From Marsupella aquatica (Eukaryota; Plantae; Marchantiophyta), in NCBI GenBank assembly GCA_973895155.1, contig OZ316898.1, positions 2,517,927-2,581,926 of the forward strand: a stretch of DNA of 64,000 bases, given 5' to 3'. Both the position numbers and the translations under genes were made by a program. Below the pieces are notes generated by a model. That model saw only the letters and a list, made by a program, of their open reading frames with translations. It was not told where the DNA came from and ran no database searches. Every line of letters begins with the position of its first letter. Positions within the stretch are counted from its first letter, which is position 1. This document shows, piece by piece, positions 26,503 through 40,300 of the stretch.

Positions 26503-29500
26503 ATGGCTGGCCTGGAGCAATTGAGGAAGAAGCTCCAACCGTTACTGGACCTGAATGCGAGTCTGAGGTCCGACATGTCGATCGATATGTCTTCGGCTTC
26601 TTACAAGGTAAGGAGAAATCAATGAATCCGTCTCACAAGGTCACATACCCAATTCTCTGCCTCAATTGACGACTGTCGGCCTTCCATCCAGCTACCTGCC
26701 CCTCTATCTTGTTTATCAAATCGTGGAATTTATGTTGCTAATGGAAAGATAGGAACCAGTCCTCGTCTGTAGGTTCAGCCCCCCCCCCCCCCTTCTCTGC
26801 TTCAAAGACAGTTCTACCTTTGAGGCTTTTGGCCGTTTTTCCTGGGCAACGGAAGCGCTCATGATTACCGCACTTACATGTCAAAATAAATCTCTTTGCG
26901 CCACTGGAGCTGGGAGTGGGGGAGCATTGCATTATGGCACATTCCTCTTTTCGAGGAGGATGTCGTTACAGCTTACCGTAGAGAGAATGGATTGTCTCTC
27001 TGATTGTTCGGTTCGTCCGCCTTGTGGCAACCCCTCTGTGGGTGCACATTTTGGATAATGTCAACAGCGATTGCCTCTCTTTAAACTAGGAGAATAGCGC
27101 TTGTACGCAATGGCACAGATGCAACCCTGCCTGAAGGCAATTCCTACACCAAATTAGCTCATCAGCGTTATTGAAGGCTACCTAGGATCTCTGACATTTG
27201 GAGATGGGCTCCTGCTCCTGCCCGTCGTTGAACAGTGATAGGAAAATTGTTTTCCTGAGGCCTTTTCGCAGAAGGTCTGCGTCATTGCTCGATCTCTGTC
27301 TTCCACATCCGTGTGGCATGTCGCACGATAGTGTACTCGTAGTTCAATTGCCTGTACAACAATTCACAAGCGTAGGACGGCATGAGGGAGCATGCTAATG
27401 CTGCTTCCTTGAACTGAGACTCCTCGGTTCAAACTCTTGGCTTCGTGGGCAAGACTGGCTGAACTCCGAAGGCAAATTGTCAAGTGGTATGTAGCGTAGG
27501 GAAATAGTCTGAAGGTTAAATGAGTGACCAGTGTCTTGTACAGAAAAGGAATGCCATTTACAGAGCACAAGACAAGTCTCTCTTACAATCTGGTCTAAAG
27601 GATGTCCAGGTACTCTGGTGTTAGGTGTTATGCACTTGAGGTCTTCTGTTCTCATTCCTAACCTCGTGCGGTAAGTAGGCTTGCTGGTCAGTGTCATTCA
27701 GCTGGATGTGTGCCCTTGTTTAGAGCATTCCATAACTTGGTTCGGAACCCTAAACAGACTGCCGGTGACGAAATTTTGAATCTCGCGTGTATACCGTTTC
27801 GCCATCGAGGCTCAACTTAAATAATTGTATATGGTGAATATGTATATTCACTATATACAATTATTTTCTAATTAATAGAAATGCTTAATTTCACCGTGCT
27901 GAACTGTGGAAACAGACCTATTCTCGAACAAACTATGTGACCATTCAACTGAATTCTGATTGATATTTCGAATTCTCACCTCTGGGTTTTTCGCACCGTG
28001 CAGGTGACGGATGCAGGATCTCTCAACCTTCTAAGTAGGTCATGTGCAGAGTACAACATCAACGAGCTTGGTTTACAGAAACGATCTTCAGATGCTCTAG
28101 ATGGTGAGGGGCATAGGGAAAAGACATACCAATGTGCTTCTCACGAGATGGTCGTATTTGGTGCCATTGGCTGGGGTGCTAGCAGTGTTGTTCGTAAAGC
28201 TATTCACGTCCCGACACATCGAATCCTTGCTCTGAAGAAGATCAATGTCTTTGAGAAGGTAGTCATGTGGCACGCTACTTCGGCGAAATTTTGTCTTTGC
28301 GTTCGTTAACGATAGCAGAAGTTTGAGTTTTGCTTAATAAGTGTAATGAAGTTAGTATTCTACAATGTGCGCAGGAGAAGAGACAGCAGCTGTTGAATGA
28401 AATTCGAACATTATGTGAGGCTCCACAGATTAATGGCCTTGTTGAGTTCTATGGGGCCTTTTACTCTTCTGATAGTGGCCAAATAAGCATTGCGCTGGAG
28501 TACATGGATGGGGGTTCTTTAGCAGATATTGTTCGAGCCAAGAAGTTCATTCCAGAACCGATACTTTCCGTCATCACTCGCAAAGTTCTTCTTGTAAGAT
28601 TTTCCTTTTTTCTCAATCAACTAGGGAATACGATGCTCAATGTTGGTCACATTAATTTGTAATTAAATCTGTAGTCATTAGTAGCTTCTCTTTAACGCGA
28701 GAAGCATTTGAAAAGATGGACCTTCTAAGTAACAAATTTGCGTTATTTGTGTTTCTTCATATTACATTTCTAAAGTTCTCTATCTCAGAGGACTGTTTGG
28801 ATGGTTGATTTTAACTGATCATTTTGCACTGTGAATAAATGTCAGGGACTACACTTTCTACATTCGGAAAGACATTTAGTTCACAGGGATATAAAGCCAG
28901 CAAATCTGCTCATAAATCTTAATGGGGAGCCAAAAATAACAGACTTCGGAATCAGTGCTGGCCTTGATAACTCAATCGCTATGGTGAGCCTTCTTCTGGG
29001 CTCAATTGATACGCTTGGACCGAAGAGCTTCATGTTAGTAGGGTAGAGAAGCCCTCTTTTTTACGATGACGTTCCTGATGAAAAGTGTTCTTTCTGTGCA
29101 GTGTGCCACTTTTGTTGGTACGGTTACTTACATGTCCCCAGAAAGGATCAATAATCAAAACTATTCTTATCCAGCTGATGTTTGGAGTCTGGGCCTAGCT
29201 TTACTGGAGTGTGGAACTGGTGAATTCCCGTACAATGCTAACAAGGGGCCTGTCAATCTCATGCTCCAAGTATGTTCCGTTTATTCTGTGTTCAGTTTTT
29301 CTTCTGAAACCAAGACAAGTAATTTTTGTTTCTTCTCATATTTTTAATGAGATGAAAATATAATGACGGGAAAATCTAACTCGGAGTAAACTTTCTCCTG
29401 CAGGTGATGTATGATCCATCACCATCCCCTCCAGAAGAAGGATTTTCATGGGAATTTCGATCATTTGTAGATTCCTGCCTTGAAAAAGATCCAGGGGCAA

Positions 29501-31317
29501 GACCAACTGCGGAACAGGTAATCTGTTCAAGTTTGAGGATACTTGTGATTACGTGTGTTAAGTTGATTTCATACCGTGATATGTATATTCAACTGGCACA
29601 ATCAAGCACTTCGTGTCCTGGATAACTGAGGTGTACTTGCCATGTCTAATGGGATCTTGTCCTTGATTTTCTCGCTTTAAACTATATGGTCTCTAGTCAG
29701 ACGGCACATAGGCAGCCCGAACATTCGAGTTGTGGAAGCCTTTGTGTAAGCACTTTACGTTTAGTCTGTGAGCTGATGAAATGAATCTCAAGTTAAGAGC
29801 TGGATATTCTACATCTGAGTTGTACAGGTAGCTTTGTGCTGTGGAAGGTTGTGTCATCACTGCATCGTTGCAGAAGTAGAGGATGAATGTCATTTCTTCT
29901 TCACTCCTAGGCAGAATGTCACATAAGACCTCTGCCATGGAGTCCTCACCTCGCTCTATGCCCCGAGCATGGTACCCAAACTGATCGGTTCTACGTATTT
30001 GGTGCAGTTACTATCTCATCCTTTCATTAAGAAATATGAAACTGAAGAAGTCGACCTTGCTGGATTTGTTCACAGTGTATTCGATCCCACAGAACGACTC
30101 AAAGAACTGGCGGATGTAAGTTTATCTCTCGTTATGTTCCTCTCTTACTCTCTGAATGACATAAATTGTGCAGTTCTTCTCTTGCCTCGCTATTCAGTAA
30201 AGGATTCACATGCACACAATTATTTTCCCATCTCGTTGACAGCAAGCCAGGATTAGCTTTGTTACTAGTTGTGGTACGGAGTGCAGAATTTTCTTCCAGA
30301 CGTTACCTTGTCGGTGTACGTTTGACTCGAATCAGCTGCGTAAATTTGGGATTTTAGTACTGCTTTCCCCTCAGGTGACAGCAATTTAAAGCTAAATTGG
30401 AGGATGAGGTGATGCAGCGTTAGGAAGTGCTGAGTGCTTAGGCTATTTTGAATCTGTTATTGGCGTTCGAGGGGAATTTCTTGAACTTTCAAAGGGATAC
30501 GGTGGGACGTACTGACCGTACTTACTAACCGCCTTTATAAGAACGCGCTTCGTTCCGCTAATTCCAGGATTGATTGGCTCTCAAGAAGGTTATATTAAGA
30601 TAGCTAATCTTTGTCTTTTTAGATAATTTTTGGAGTGCTTCCGCTCATAGCAAAAGTGATCTTGTCACAGATGCTCACCGTACACTATTACATGCTATTC
30701 AATGGTCCTGATAAGATGTGGGAACACATGAAGACTATATATCGATCGAACTCCTCTTTATCGTAAGTTTCTTGACTCAGCGACTTCTCAGGACAAACTC
30801 TCTTCTAATATGTTGTTACAATTTGATAGCCATTCTGTGAATTCCATTCTGGCAGCTTAAATCATTCTATGACAGAAAACATTGTACTTTCGCATGACTG
30901 CAGCAAGTCGAAGACTTCAATAGTTGCATGATGGATTCACCGTGGCCTCTTCTCTCTTCCCGCAGATTTGCAAATCAGGTGGTCAATGGAGATGAGATTT
31001 TCGAGGCTTTGACGGATATTCGGAACATGCTAGCTGGAAACCGACCCGAGGAAAGATTGGTGCATGTGATTGAGAACTTGCAGTGCTGTGCTTTCGCTAA
31101 GCGTGGTATCATGATTCGTGTATCCGGTTTCTTTGTCGCTGGAACACATTTTGTTCCAACAGGGGATGGAGTGCAAGTAGAGGGGATCCTTACCAACCCT
31201 GCCTTGGAGACTCAAAAGCAACGGATGGGTGCCTTCAGCGAACAGTTTGTTATGGAACCTGGCGAGAGCACAGGTTCTCTCTATATTTTAAAGCAGGAAA
31301 TTTTTATCCAGCAATAG
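26503..31317 (+). CDS. MKK3: Group B MAP kinase kinase MKK3 (kinase plus C-terminal NTF2-like domain), 9 exons
   Basis: Exons 26503-26607 ([15 protein letters not shown] docking motif), 28004-28258, 28375-28593, 28846-28983, 29102-29269, 29404-29517, 30008-30115, 30671-30762 and 30966-31317; all GT-AG and phase-consistent. Motifs [25 protein letters not shown], activation loop SIAMCAT (S-x5-T), YMSPER. NTF2 region from [10 protein letters not shown] to [10 protein letters not shown]. Confidence 0.95.
27819..27866. repeat. 48-bp near-perfect AT-rich palindrome in MKK3 intron 1
   Basis: AAATAATTGTATATGGTGAATAT-GT-ATATTCACTATATACAATTATTT: 23-bp arms with one G:T mismatch. Confidence 0.9.
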
Positions 31318-32276
31318 TATTGGAAGCAATCCAACGGTCATAGCTTCTTGTAACATTGTAAGAGAATCTTAGCTTAGCTGAGTATTAGGAAGAAAACGTA
31401 AGCTGATCCATGCCCTATGGACCGCTGAAAAACAGTGTCGTTAGAAACGGGGTTGTATGCCCCTTAACACGACAAATCTTGCTGCAGAGTTCAGCATTAT
31501 ACAGTCTCTTCCCATAGCCCGTGGGTTAGTTACAATTTTCAGGTGCAGTGATATGATATGTGGAGATAGTGCTCCAGTTCATTTGGATGAGATAGAAGCA
31601 AGCTTGGCTCTTGGTGCACTATTGTCAGGGAGGGGCCGAAGCTTTAGTTGAGACAAATGCCTGGACCAGGTATCAGATCACTTTTTCCCCAGTTGAGGCA
31701 GATCACCCATGACTTGATTTATTTGAAGTGTCATCAATCTAATTGGACTAGAGCAGAACGTCATTTCCCATCAATCGGCAGAAATGTGCCTCAGAAATGA
31801 CACAGCATGCTATGTATATAGACTGCTGGTGACTGGAGTCAGGTTATTAGTACTACGGTGTTTTACTGCAAAGATTTAGTGATAGCTCGTCGGAAAAATC
31901 ATTTTCAGGCATTCCATTGGAATCTACTCAGTTGCAGTGCCTTCTACAACTCAGACCTCGTTGTTAAGAGCCCCACTTGGAAGCAAGCAAACGTTCATCC
32001 AGCACTATGAAAAGTACGTTTTAGTCTCCTCTGCACTTTGAGGAGTTTCTCCCAGGTCCCGGTTTTTACTGTAATGAGAATTCTCTGTACGACAGGAGTT
32101 ATACCAATAACAATTTTTTCAGTAAAGACCATGCTCGCAGGTCAACTTTGCCAACTTCATCTATTTGGTACTCAGTGCTGACCATGCTCTGCTCTACTTA
32201 ATGTGGAAAACATGTCCAGTGGTCTGGTTTGATTGTTTCTAATACATTCTAGTTTAACTGATGTTAAGACCCTGGT

Positions 32277-32665
32277 GGTAATCACACATCAAAAAGGTAA
32301 TCACACATCAAAATGTGATAGTATAAATTGTGCACTCATTGATTTAAAATAAATAATGTAATCACACATCAAATGCACTCATTGATTTAAAATAAATAAT
32401 GTAATCACACATCAAAATGTGTGTACTCATTGATTTAAAATGAACAATGTAATCATACATCAAAATGTGATAGTATACCGTGTGCACTCATTGATTTAAA
32501 AAATTTCTAAGTTTATCATGGTATGGAGAAATGGTGTGCACTCATTTTTTGCACTCATTGATTTAAAAAAAATAACAAAGTTTATCATGGTATGGAGAGA
32601 TGGTGTGCACTCATTGATTTAAAAAAAATAACAAAGATTATCATGGTATGGAGAGATGTTGTACA
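32277..32665 (+). mobile_element. MITE family A, copy 2, internally expanded by tandem duplications
   Basis: Starts GGTAATCACACATCAAAA. The GTAATCACACATCAAA, GCACTCATTGATTTAAAA and TTATCATGGTATGGAGA blocks are each reiterated several times. Right TIR is degenerate. Confidence 0.8.
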
Positions 32666-32874
32666 CTACTCAATTTACTGCACAATTATTGTCATCTAGT
32701 TTATGTCAGACAACACCATGAACACAAGAAGACTTTGAGATGTTCCTAGATTAGGTGTTAATCACAGCAGTTTGGAATGTGGTTTCATTTGAATGGACCA
32801 AAACATGAGAGCAATTGAATTTGTGACACAAATATGTAGATTCTTGTCGATGAGACCTAAAGTATCTGGTCCTT

Positions 32875-33078
32875 CTATCCTCCTCGGGGTCCTCCCTCTT
32901 CCGCCTCCTCCCTTCTGGAGGTTCAGGTGGAGGTTGCACTTCATCTTCTCTGGGTGTGCTCCTTTTATTGCCCCCTTAATTGCTCTTGTTCTTTACTGCC
33001 TTCTCCTCCTAGGCAGATATTTGTATTTTCTCTGGTTTTCCATGGAATAAAGTTTCTTTAAAAAAATAATAATAATAA
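32875..33078 (+). mobile_element. 5'-truncated retroposed insert (LINE 3' end or SINE-like), 204 bp
   Basis: 17-bp TSD TAAAGTATCTGGTCCTT at 32858-32874 and 33079-33095. AATAAA at 33046 is followed by an A-run/(TAA)n tail. Confidence 0.88.
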
Positions 33079-33529
33079 TAAAGTATCTGGTCCTTGACAT
33101 TGGAGCTCTCTCTCAAATCTCGGCTCACAAACTTGTGCCTGCACAGCTTCGCACGTACGAGGTTATTTTAAATTAATAAGGCACAAAAGAAATAGTAAAG
33201 TGGGGGTTGGGGGGCTTGAGCTTCGATGACAAGGTGTTGGGCAAGGGGCACACCTTGTAATTGTAGGGAAGCCTCTCAAGGGGCATGCCAGCCTTGCACC
33301 GGGGGGGGGGGGGGGAGTTGCGAGTGGGAGGGGGAGAGTGCGGGGAGGGAGGGCAAATGAGAAAAAGAGGAGATGGAAAATATTGTGAAAACAGGGAGTG
33401 GTGGTGGTGGGGGAGGGGGGGGGAGCGGGGTTGAAGGTTGGGTTAAAAGGAAAAAAGGGGACAAAAAAAACAAAGAAAAAAAATCATTCTCACTTTGCCA
33501 TACTGCAGTGGTCGCTGTAGTCTATCCTT

Positions 33530-33790
33530 TGCACAATGACATCTTTTAATTAACTATTTTTTATCTAATGGGATATTTTTAGTGCAAAAACTCTTTTCCT
33601 CAACAATATCTTTTGTACCAATTTTTTTTCTCAACTAGACCTTTAGCTCAACATCATCTTTACGCATTAACATATTTTTTGTAATGCTATCTTTTACTAA
33701 ACAACATCTTCATGCAACGTCCTAGTTTTACTTAGCAACATGTTTTGCTCAATTCTTTTTACTTAGCAACATTTTTTACACAATGATGCC
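33530..33790 (+). repeat. Degenerate ~18-19-bp CAACA(N)CATCTTTT minisatellite preceded by a G-rich block (33195-33480)
   Basis: Same purine-block plus pyrimidine-array layout as the 15-16.4 kb Helitron-like segments, but no clear hairpin-CTAG end. Confidence 0.55.
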
Positions 33791-35591
33791 TGTTAAACAT
33801 GTACTTTTAGGTCTAGAGTTACAACTATAATTGTAGTTAGACTAACTGTAGTCGCAAACTTGGTCATTTTAGGGGATTTGCGTCCTAGATACACAGGAAA
33901 GTTGTTTACTTGTGAGTTGGAACTCTTGGCCGGCTCATTCTTATGGCGACACTTGAGAGATTCTGTTAAGGAGATTTGATATGACTGATGTGCCTAAGTG
34001 AAACGGAGTTCTTACAAGAGATGAACCACATATATCTCTCTATATGGATTACTTCTTTGTTGGAAAATCATTTGGGTATAGTTGTGAGTTGCGCCTTTGC
34101 TCAACATTTGCTTTCAAAGCATGTGTGAGAAGGGACAAATGGTTTTATACCGGATTTCTAGTGACTGATTTTACAACGGATAATGTCACTGGTTTCTCCA
34201 GAATTTTGTCACATGAAACTCAGATTGTTTGGGCTCCACAAATAGATCGGTGTGAGTGCTTTGTAGCGCTCCTTAGAAATGTTTATGATGCAAAGTAATC
34301 AAAGTGGTTTGTTTGGAGTTTTTGTGGGAAAATTCACAGATTTTGTTTTCGGTTTTTCAAAGCAGGTTCCAGAGTCTTTTTCCTCGACAGTGTGAGCAGT
34401 GCATGAGACATTACTAGCTATAGCTCAACTTGTCGATTGGGAGGAACTGGTCGTTTTGGTATCTTGCTTGCTTATGCGTGCAGATCAAGAGTGACGGGAT
34501 GAGTCGCCTGAAAATGTGCAGTTCGTGGTCATACATATAGTTGGAGACATAATCCGGGGGCGCAGGGACGAGGTGGGCGCGATGTAGGGCTCCGGCGGTA
34601 GAGGTGTGCGGGGAGGAGAGACCCTGTAAACGGGTCACACTTTGCGCATACGGCTGCCAATAATTACTCTGGCATTTACTCTGGCAATTGTATCTTTTGA
34701 CCGGTTATCCCTCCCACCTGACAGTGTACCATACCGTTCAGGGTAACTCGGTTCGAAATGACGGGCGCTGCCTTGCCAACCGGTTTTGTCCTCTCTCAAC
34801 AGCCAGAACGTGTTTACCCTGAGTAATTATGACACTTACACACCTCAGGGTTTCCCGTCCGTCGCTCTGCGCAGACACTGCGCACTGAATGTTCCACTTT
34901 CCTCAAAGGATTTGACAGTTTACACATGTTTTGTTGCGGTTTTCGTCTGTACTCGCGTTCTGTCTATTGGCGCCATTTTCTGCCTACGGTGCTGTGATTC
35001 TCGGCTTTCTGCGGAGACGTTCGCACTTGATTTGGGGAAGACAGTCGCTTGGAGTGCGGACGGCTGGCATTGGTTTTGGCACGGCCTTCACTGTGAGTTC
35101 ATTTTTGGCAATACCATCCATCGTCGTACCTTCTGGGCTAACTAGACCTTCCTATACATCACGCTTCTCACAAAAGGAAGTGCAGCCCGTGTAACAACAT
35201 CCTTCTGAGTGCTCCATTTCTCGGCTGTGGTCCTCAACAACGCTGCGGGCTCTCTGGACTGGATCCTGGACGTTGTGCGCTGTCATTTTTGCTTAGTTCT
35301 CTCTCTGCATTGGCGTGTGAGGAATTACACGCCTGTCTGCTCTTGTTCCTGGGGGCGGTCTGCATTCGGAGAGTTCAGGGACCATTGACAGAGATAATAT
35401 CATACATACCACGACGCTCTGCTCTCTGAACCTGATTACTTCCGTGCGGTCACAGTGTTTTGGCGCTTTGAGGGCAACTGCTGGCTATTGGGAGTCTGAC
35501 CTGTTATACAGCGATATCCCTGCTCGATTGCACAACTCAACGTCACTGCTGTGTGGGGTGCGGATCGGGGCACTCGTCGGTCACAACCAGC

Positions 35592-37336
35592 ATGACTACA
35601 GGGGAGACACATCAGAAAACTCGGCGGACTAATGCAACCCCTGCTGCCTCGCTACGCCCAGCATCTGCATCAAGCACGTTTGCTACACGCACATCACATT
35701 ACAAGACTGTACCTGTTGCAACCCTCGGGGCCGAGGATGATAAGGTGTACTGCATTCCCAGGGAGATCCTTCAGAATGGCACCAATCAAATTTTCGGAAA
35801 TAAGCTGGTGTTGTCTTCAAGTCTGAATTCGACTCCCGGCAAGCTCGAGACTGGGTGGCAGCCTTCAACCAGGAGAATGAGGTGAAACTTACTTTGCACG
35901 ACGAATTAGTTCATTCCATTTTTGTTGTGCAATTTGATAACTCAGCGGATGCCAGCATCAAGACGACTCTACTGAACCAGTCCCCCCTCAAGGCCTTGGA
36001 TAAGTACGCTGCGGTGAATGACTACTCGGTTAATTTTGATCCTTGTAACTCAGCAAGTTTCAAACATCTGGTCACTGTGTACATCAAGCAAGGCAGCCCT
36101 GAAATCTACGAATTCATTAAATTTGTGGTTGAGCCTATCGGCCGCCTCATCAAGGCCAAGCTAGCCCCAGGTACTGAGCTCCATCACATCTCTGCGATTG
36201 TTGAGACTTGCCGGAAAACCTTTCCTACAAAAGGTAAATTCTGTCTCAGTACTCCCGGGATCACTACCGTCCCTTTTGACTACATGGCCGAAATCTTCGC
36301 TGCTGTTTCTGCTTTTCGTATCGTCATTCTGCCTCCAGGTGCACACAGCCAAAGCCACGATTGCTCCTGGAACACAACTCTCCTGGGAAGGTGACTCTGC
36401 ATCCAGCTGCACCACCAGTCACTGCTCCATTGAAGCGAAGGTTGGACCACGACGTGCTCCTGAGCTATCAGGCTGACCTCTAGAGAGTGCGGGCGGAGGC
36501 TGAGTACTAAAAGGAGCGTGCTGAGGAGCAGCAACAACGTGAGGACCAGGAACTACAGGTGCTAGCACTTCAGGGGGCTGCTTTTGAGGCAGAATTGGCA
36601 GCTGCAAAGGTTTCTCCATCGACCACCTCTGCATCCAGGACCTCAGCCAGGAAGAAAACCAGTCATTCTCGAAGGAAGTCTCGCAAACAAGCATCTATGG
36701 CCAAGGGTAACATTGCTCCTCCCCTGAAATCTTTGGTGACTTCTCCCTGTCATGCAGCCCCAACTTCTTCCAACCTGGCTCTCATTTCCACATCTAGCTC
36801 ACACGCAACCCCCCTACCTGACAATCTGGCACCTCCGAAAATCCCCTTCACAACAGTGATTGGCACTTCTTCTCCGACACCCTCTAGGAAGAATCCCAGG
36901 CGCCCACCCAAGAAAATCTGGACAGTCAGCCAGGTCGCAGCCAACCAACACTCAGTCACCTGGCACATCCACCCAGGAGGAACAACAATCTCAAACTTCT
37001 CCGGCCTCTGCTGCACAAGCCGAATCTAGTGCACATTCACCTGATCAAACCCCCCCAGCAGAGATTGAGAACGTTACTCTCCGGAAGAGACACCGACCTA
37101 GGTCTTCATCTGAGACTGAAACTGACCCTTTGACCACTGCCCTCCTCTCTACCCCTAGCTCCAACAAGAGAATCAAACTTTGTGAGGAGGATCCCCTGAC
37201 TGTGACATCTATTCGAAGACCAATTGCACATCATGAAGCCTCTCACTCTGGTGAGCTACAATCTCAGGGGACTCACATCAAGGAGACGCCAATTACGGGC
37301 CCGGTTCATTCTGGAGGGCCTTCAGCACAAGCTTGA
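35592..37336 (+). pseudogene. LINE ORF1 (frameshifted) with CCHC zinc knuckle
   Basis: Protein-like segments switch frame (35592-35855, 35855-36285 and onward). C-x2-C-x4-H-x4-C (CCFCFSYRHSASRC) at 36301-36342. The S/P/basic tail overlaps the ORF2 start. Confidence 0.8.
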
Positions 37337-40300
37337 CATTCTCTGTATTCAGGAGCATAAATTACGAGCGGGACGTGCATACAGACTTCAAGCTGAAGTG
37401 TGGAGGGATGCCCATTGGATTTTCGCTCCTGCTTTGGATGGAGTCCACTCCACCCGCAACCAGAGAGTCTCTGCTGGCCTGGGAGGCGTTGCAGTGGCTG
37501 TCAACAAGTCCTTAACCCCTCACATTACATCGGAAGGGGTTCTTCCCAGTAATCGTCCCACCTGGGTTTGTTTTGAGACTGTGCAACTGGGCAAGGTGGG
37601 TGTGCTAGGCATCTATGCCCCGAACACTTCTCGAGGACGTACTGATCTTTGGCATGAGATTTTCAACCGCCTAGACAAGAGTTACAGATGGATCTTTATG
37701 GGAGATTTCAATATGATTGAGGAGACGGCTGACCAGAGAGGTGGAGTTGGCACATGTGTTTCTGGTAGTGAAAGGCGGGCTTGGCGTCATATGAAGAGGA
37801 GATTTCACCTTGAGGACTCCTTCCAACAGGAGCCGGGGCACCTTCGTTTTAGCTGGGATAGCAAGCGGGCCTTTAGGCATCTGTTGTCAATGCAGGAATG
37901 TCACTTGGGAGATCGGATCATTCGTCGTATTGATCGTGTCTACCGGCCGACACAGGAGCTGAACCCACGATTTGCTCTGGTTTCCACCATCTTACCTGGG
38001 ATCAATCTGTCTGATCATGCCCCTGTTGTTGCCACCCTAACCCCAATCACATCCACCAACCGATTTTCACAGCATCGCATGAACACAAGGCACCAAAATT
38101 ATCAGAAGCTGTACCAAGATCACATTTCTGCTCTGTGGGAGAAAGAGGTACTCAGATGCACGAGCTTGGGGCTGGCTCCGGATGTGATGTTAATCCGCTA
38201 CCTTAAGAGGGCCCGGAAGATGGACCGGGCTTGGGGGAAGCGACGGGCTGGTGAAAGGCGCCTGAAGGAGAGAAACCTCAGGAGGCTTTTAGCAACTGCT
38301 CAGCTCCGTCTTGAGGTGGATCCACAATGCGAGGTGGCTCAGGCAGATGTGCTGCTGGCTGACAGGGCCCTCTTGGACTTTGAGGCGGAGAAGGTTCGCT
38401 GGATGGATCAGGTTCTGCAAGCTAGATGGATTGAGGACGGGGACAAGTGCTCTAGGCTTTTCTTCAAAACCTTCAAGGGCCTCTCTTCAGATAAGGAGAT
38501 TCACAAGCTCATTGATGGGAATGGTTGTGAGATCTCTAATTGGGATGAGATGGCCGACTTCAGCACTGGGTTCTTCTCGGATATCCTTGCTAGATCAAAT
38601 GGTGTGAACCTTGAGCAGCTGGAGAAGGTGTTCTCCTTACAATTAGATTGTATTTCTGCACAGGACCAAGCAGCCCTTAACTCACCTCTGTCCCTGGATG
38701 AGCTTTTCTTGGCTGCCAAATCCCTTGCCAGCAACAAATGCCCTGGCCCTGATGGTGTACCGGTGGAATTTTTTGTGGCCAATTGGAGAGTGGTGGGACC
38801 TGCTCTGCTTGGGGCACTAATACATGGAATGTCTAGTGAAGCTCTTCATCCTGATTTTACACGGGGCTTCATAGTACTTCTCTGCAAGAAAGGAGATCAA
38901 CGTTACCTCAACAACAAGCGCCCTATCACGTTGCTCAATGTCATTTATAAGATTGGAGCCAAGGCTTTTCAATTGAGGCTGGTCCCAATTCTGCAGAGAT
39001 TCATCTCCCCGCAGCAATTTGCCTTTCTCCCTGGCAGAAATATACACCACTCGCTTCTACTGCTCAATGAATCTTTGCACCATGCTGAACAAAGCAAGCT
39101 TGAATATATTCTCATGAAGCTTGATGTTACCAAGGCCTTTGACATGCTGGAGTGGCACTTTCTTCTTGGACTTATGAAGAAAGTTGGAATGGATGGCCTT
39201 ATTTTACAATTTCTCAATGCTACCCATGTCTCATCCTCGTCTGCTGTGCTGCTGAACGGGAGGATGGCCAGAAGTTTTCAGTTAGCCCGGTCTGTGAGGC
39301 AGGGTTGTCCACTGTCTCCCTTGTTGTTCATTATTGCTATTGATGCTTTGAGCAAGCTTCTACATAAGGAAATCCATGAGGGAACCATACAAGGGGTTGA
39401 AATTGATTCTGTCAGTGTTCATAATGTGCATAATATGTATGCCGATGATGTGTCTCTTCTGATCCGGGCTATCATGACAGTGGTCATGAAATGCATGGAG
39501 ATTTTTGATATCTTCGGCATGGCCTCCGGCCTGTTATGCAACTGGGAGAAGACAAAGGCTGCGTTCATTTCACCACAACCCATGTGAGCTGAATTTCAGC
39601 GACTACCATGGAAGTGGGAGACCGATTCTGATGCAAGTAAGTTGTTAGGCATCCCTGTCGCTCAACATTTCTCAGAAGAGCAGATGGTACGCACGCTTTC
39701 TGAGAAATTGGAGAATCGCCTGGACCAGATGCGTAGGAGCTCCTCTTCGTTGGCTGCACGGATTACTATTGCCAATCACCTTGTGCTCAACACACTCTGG
39801 TACATGCTTACTGTGTGGGCTGGGAAGATATCCACTCTTGATGCCATTCAAAAGAAGGTGACCCACTTTGTTTGGGCTGGGCAGAATGAGAAGGCTCGTT
39901 CCCGGGTTGACTTTGTGACAATTACGAGACCAAAGAGGTTTGGAGGTCTTGGGCTCATCTCTATTGCTGCTCAGTTTCGGGCCCTTGCAGGGAGTTTCAT
40001 TGTTTGGGCCCTGGCTGAACAAGACCATCCCTTGCGTCGCATTTTACAGCACTCCATCCGTCAGCTCTCGTTGAAGAAATGGGGCTCTGAAGACTTTGCT
40101 TGGGTGTTCAATCCATGCTTTACGGTGCCGAAGGGATCCTCTGGTGTTTGGACTAATGTCTGTACTGGCTGGAATGTGATCAAGAAACACCTGCGTCCGA
40201 TTGCTCCGGCGCACTTGGAGGGATGGATGTCTCTCCCTTTGTGGCGGCCACATCTCAACCACATTCAGGCCTCTCAGGCCAGGTGTCATAGCAATCCGCA

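Noticed and set aside
39580-39645. Programmed readthrough at LINE ORF2 stops
   Set aside because: A second stop at a probable Trp codon and a frameshifted ORF1 point to ordinary mutational decay.
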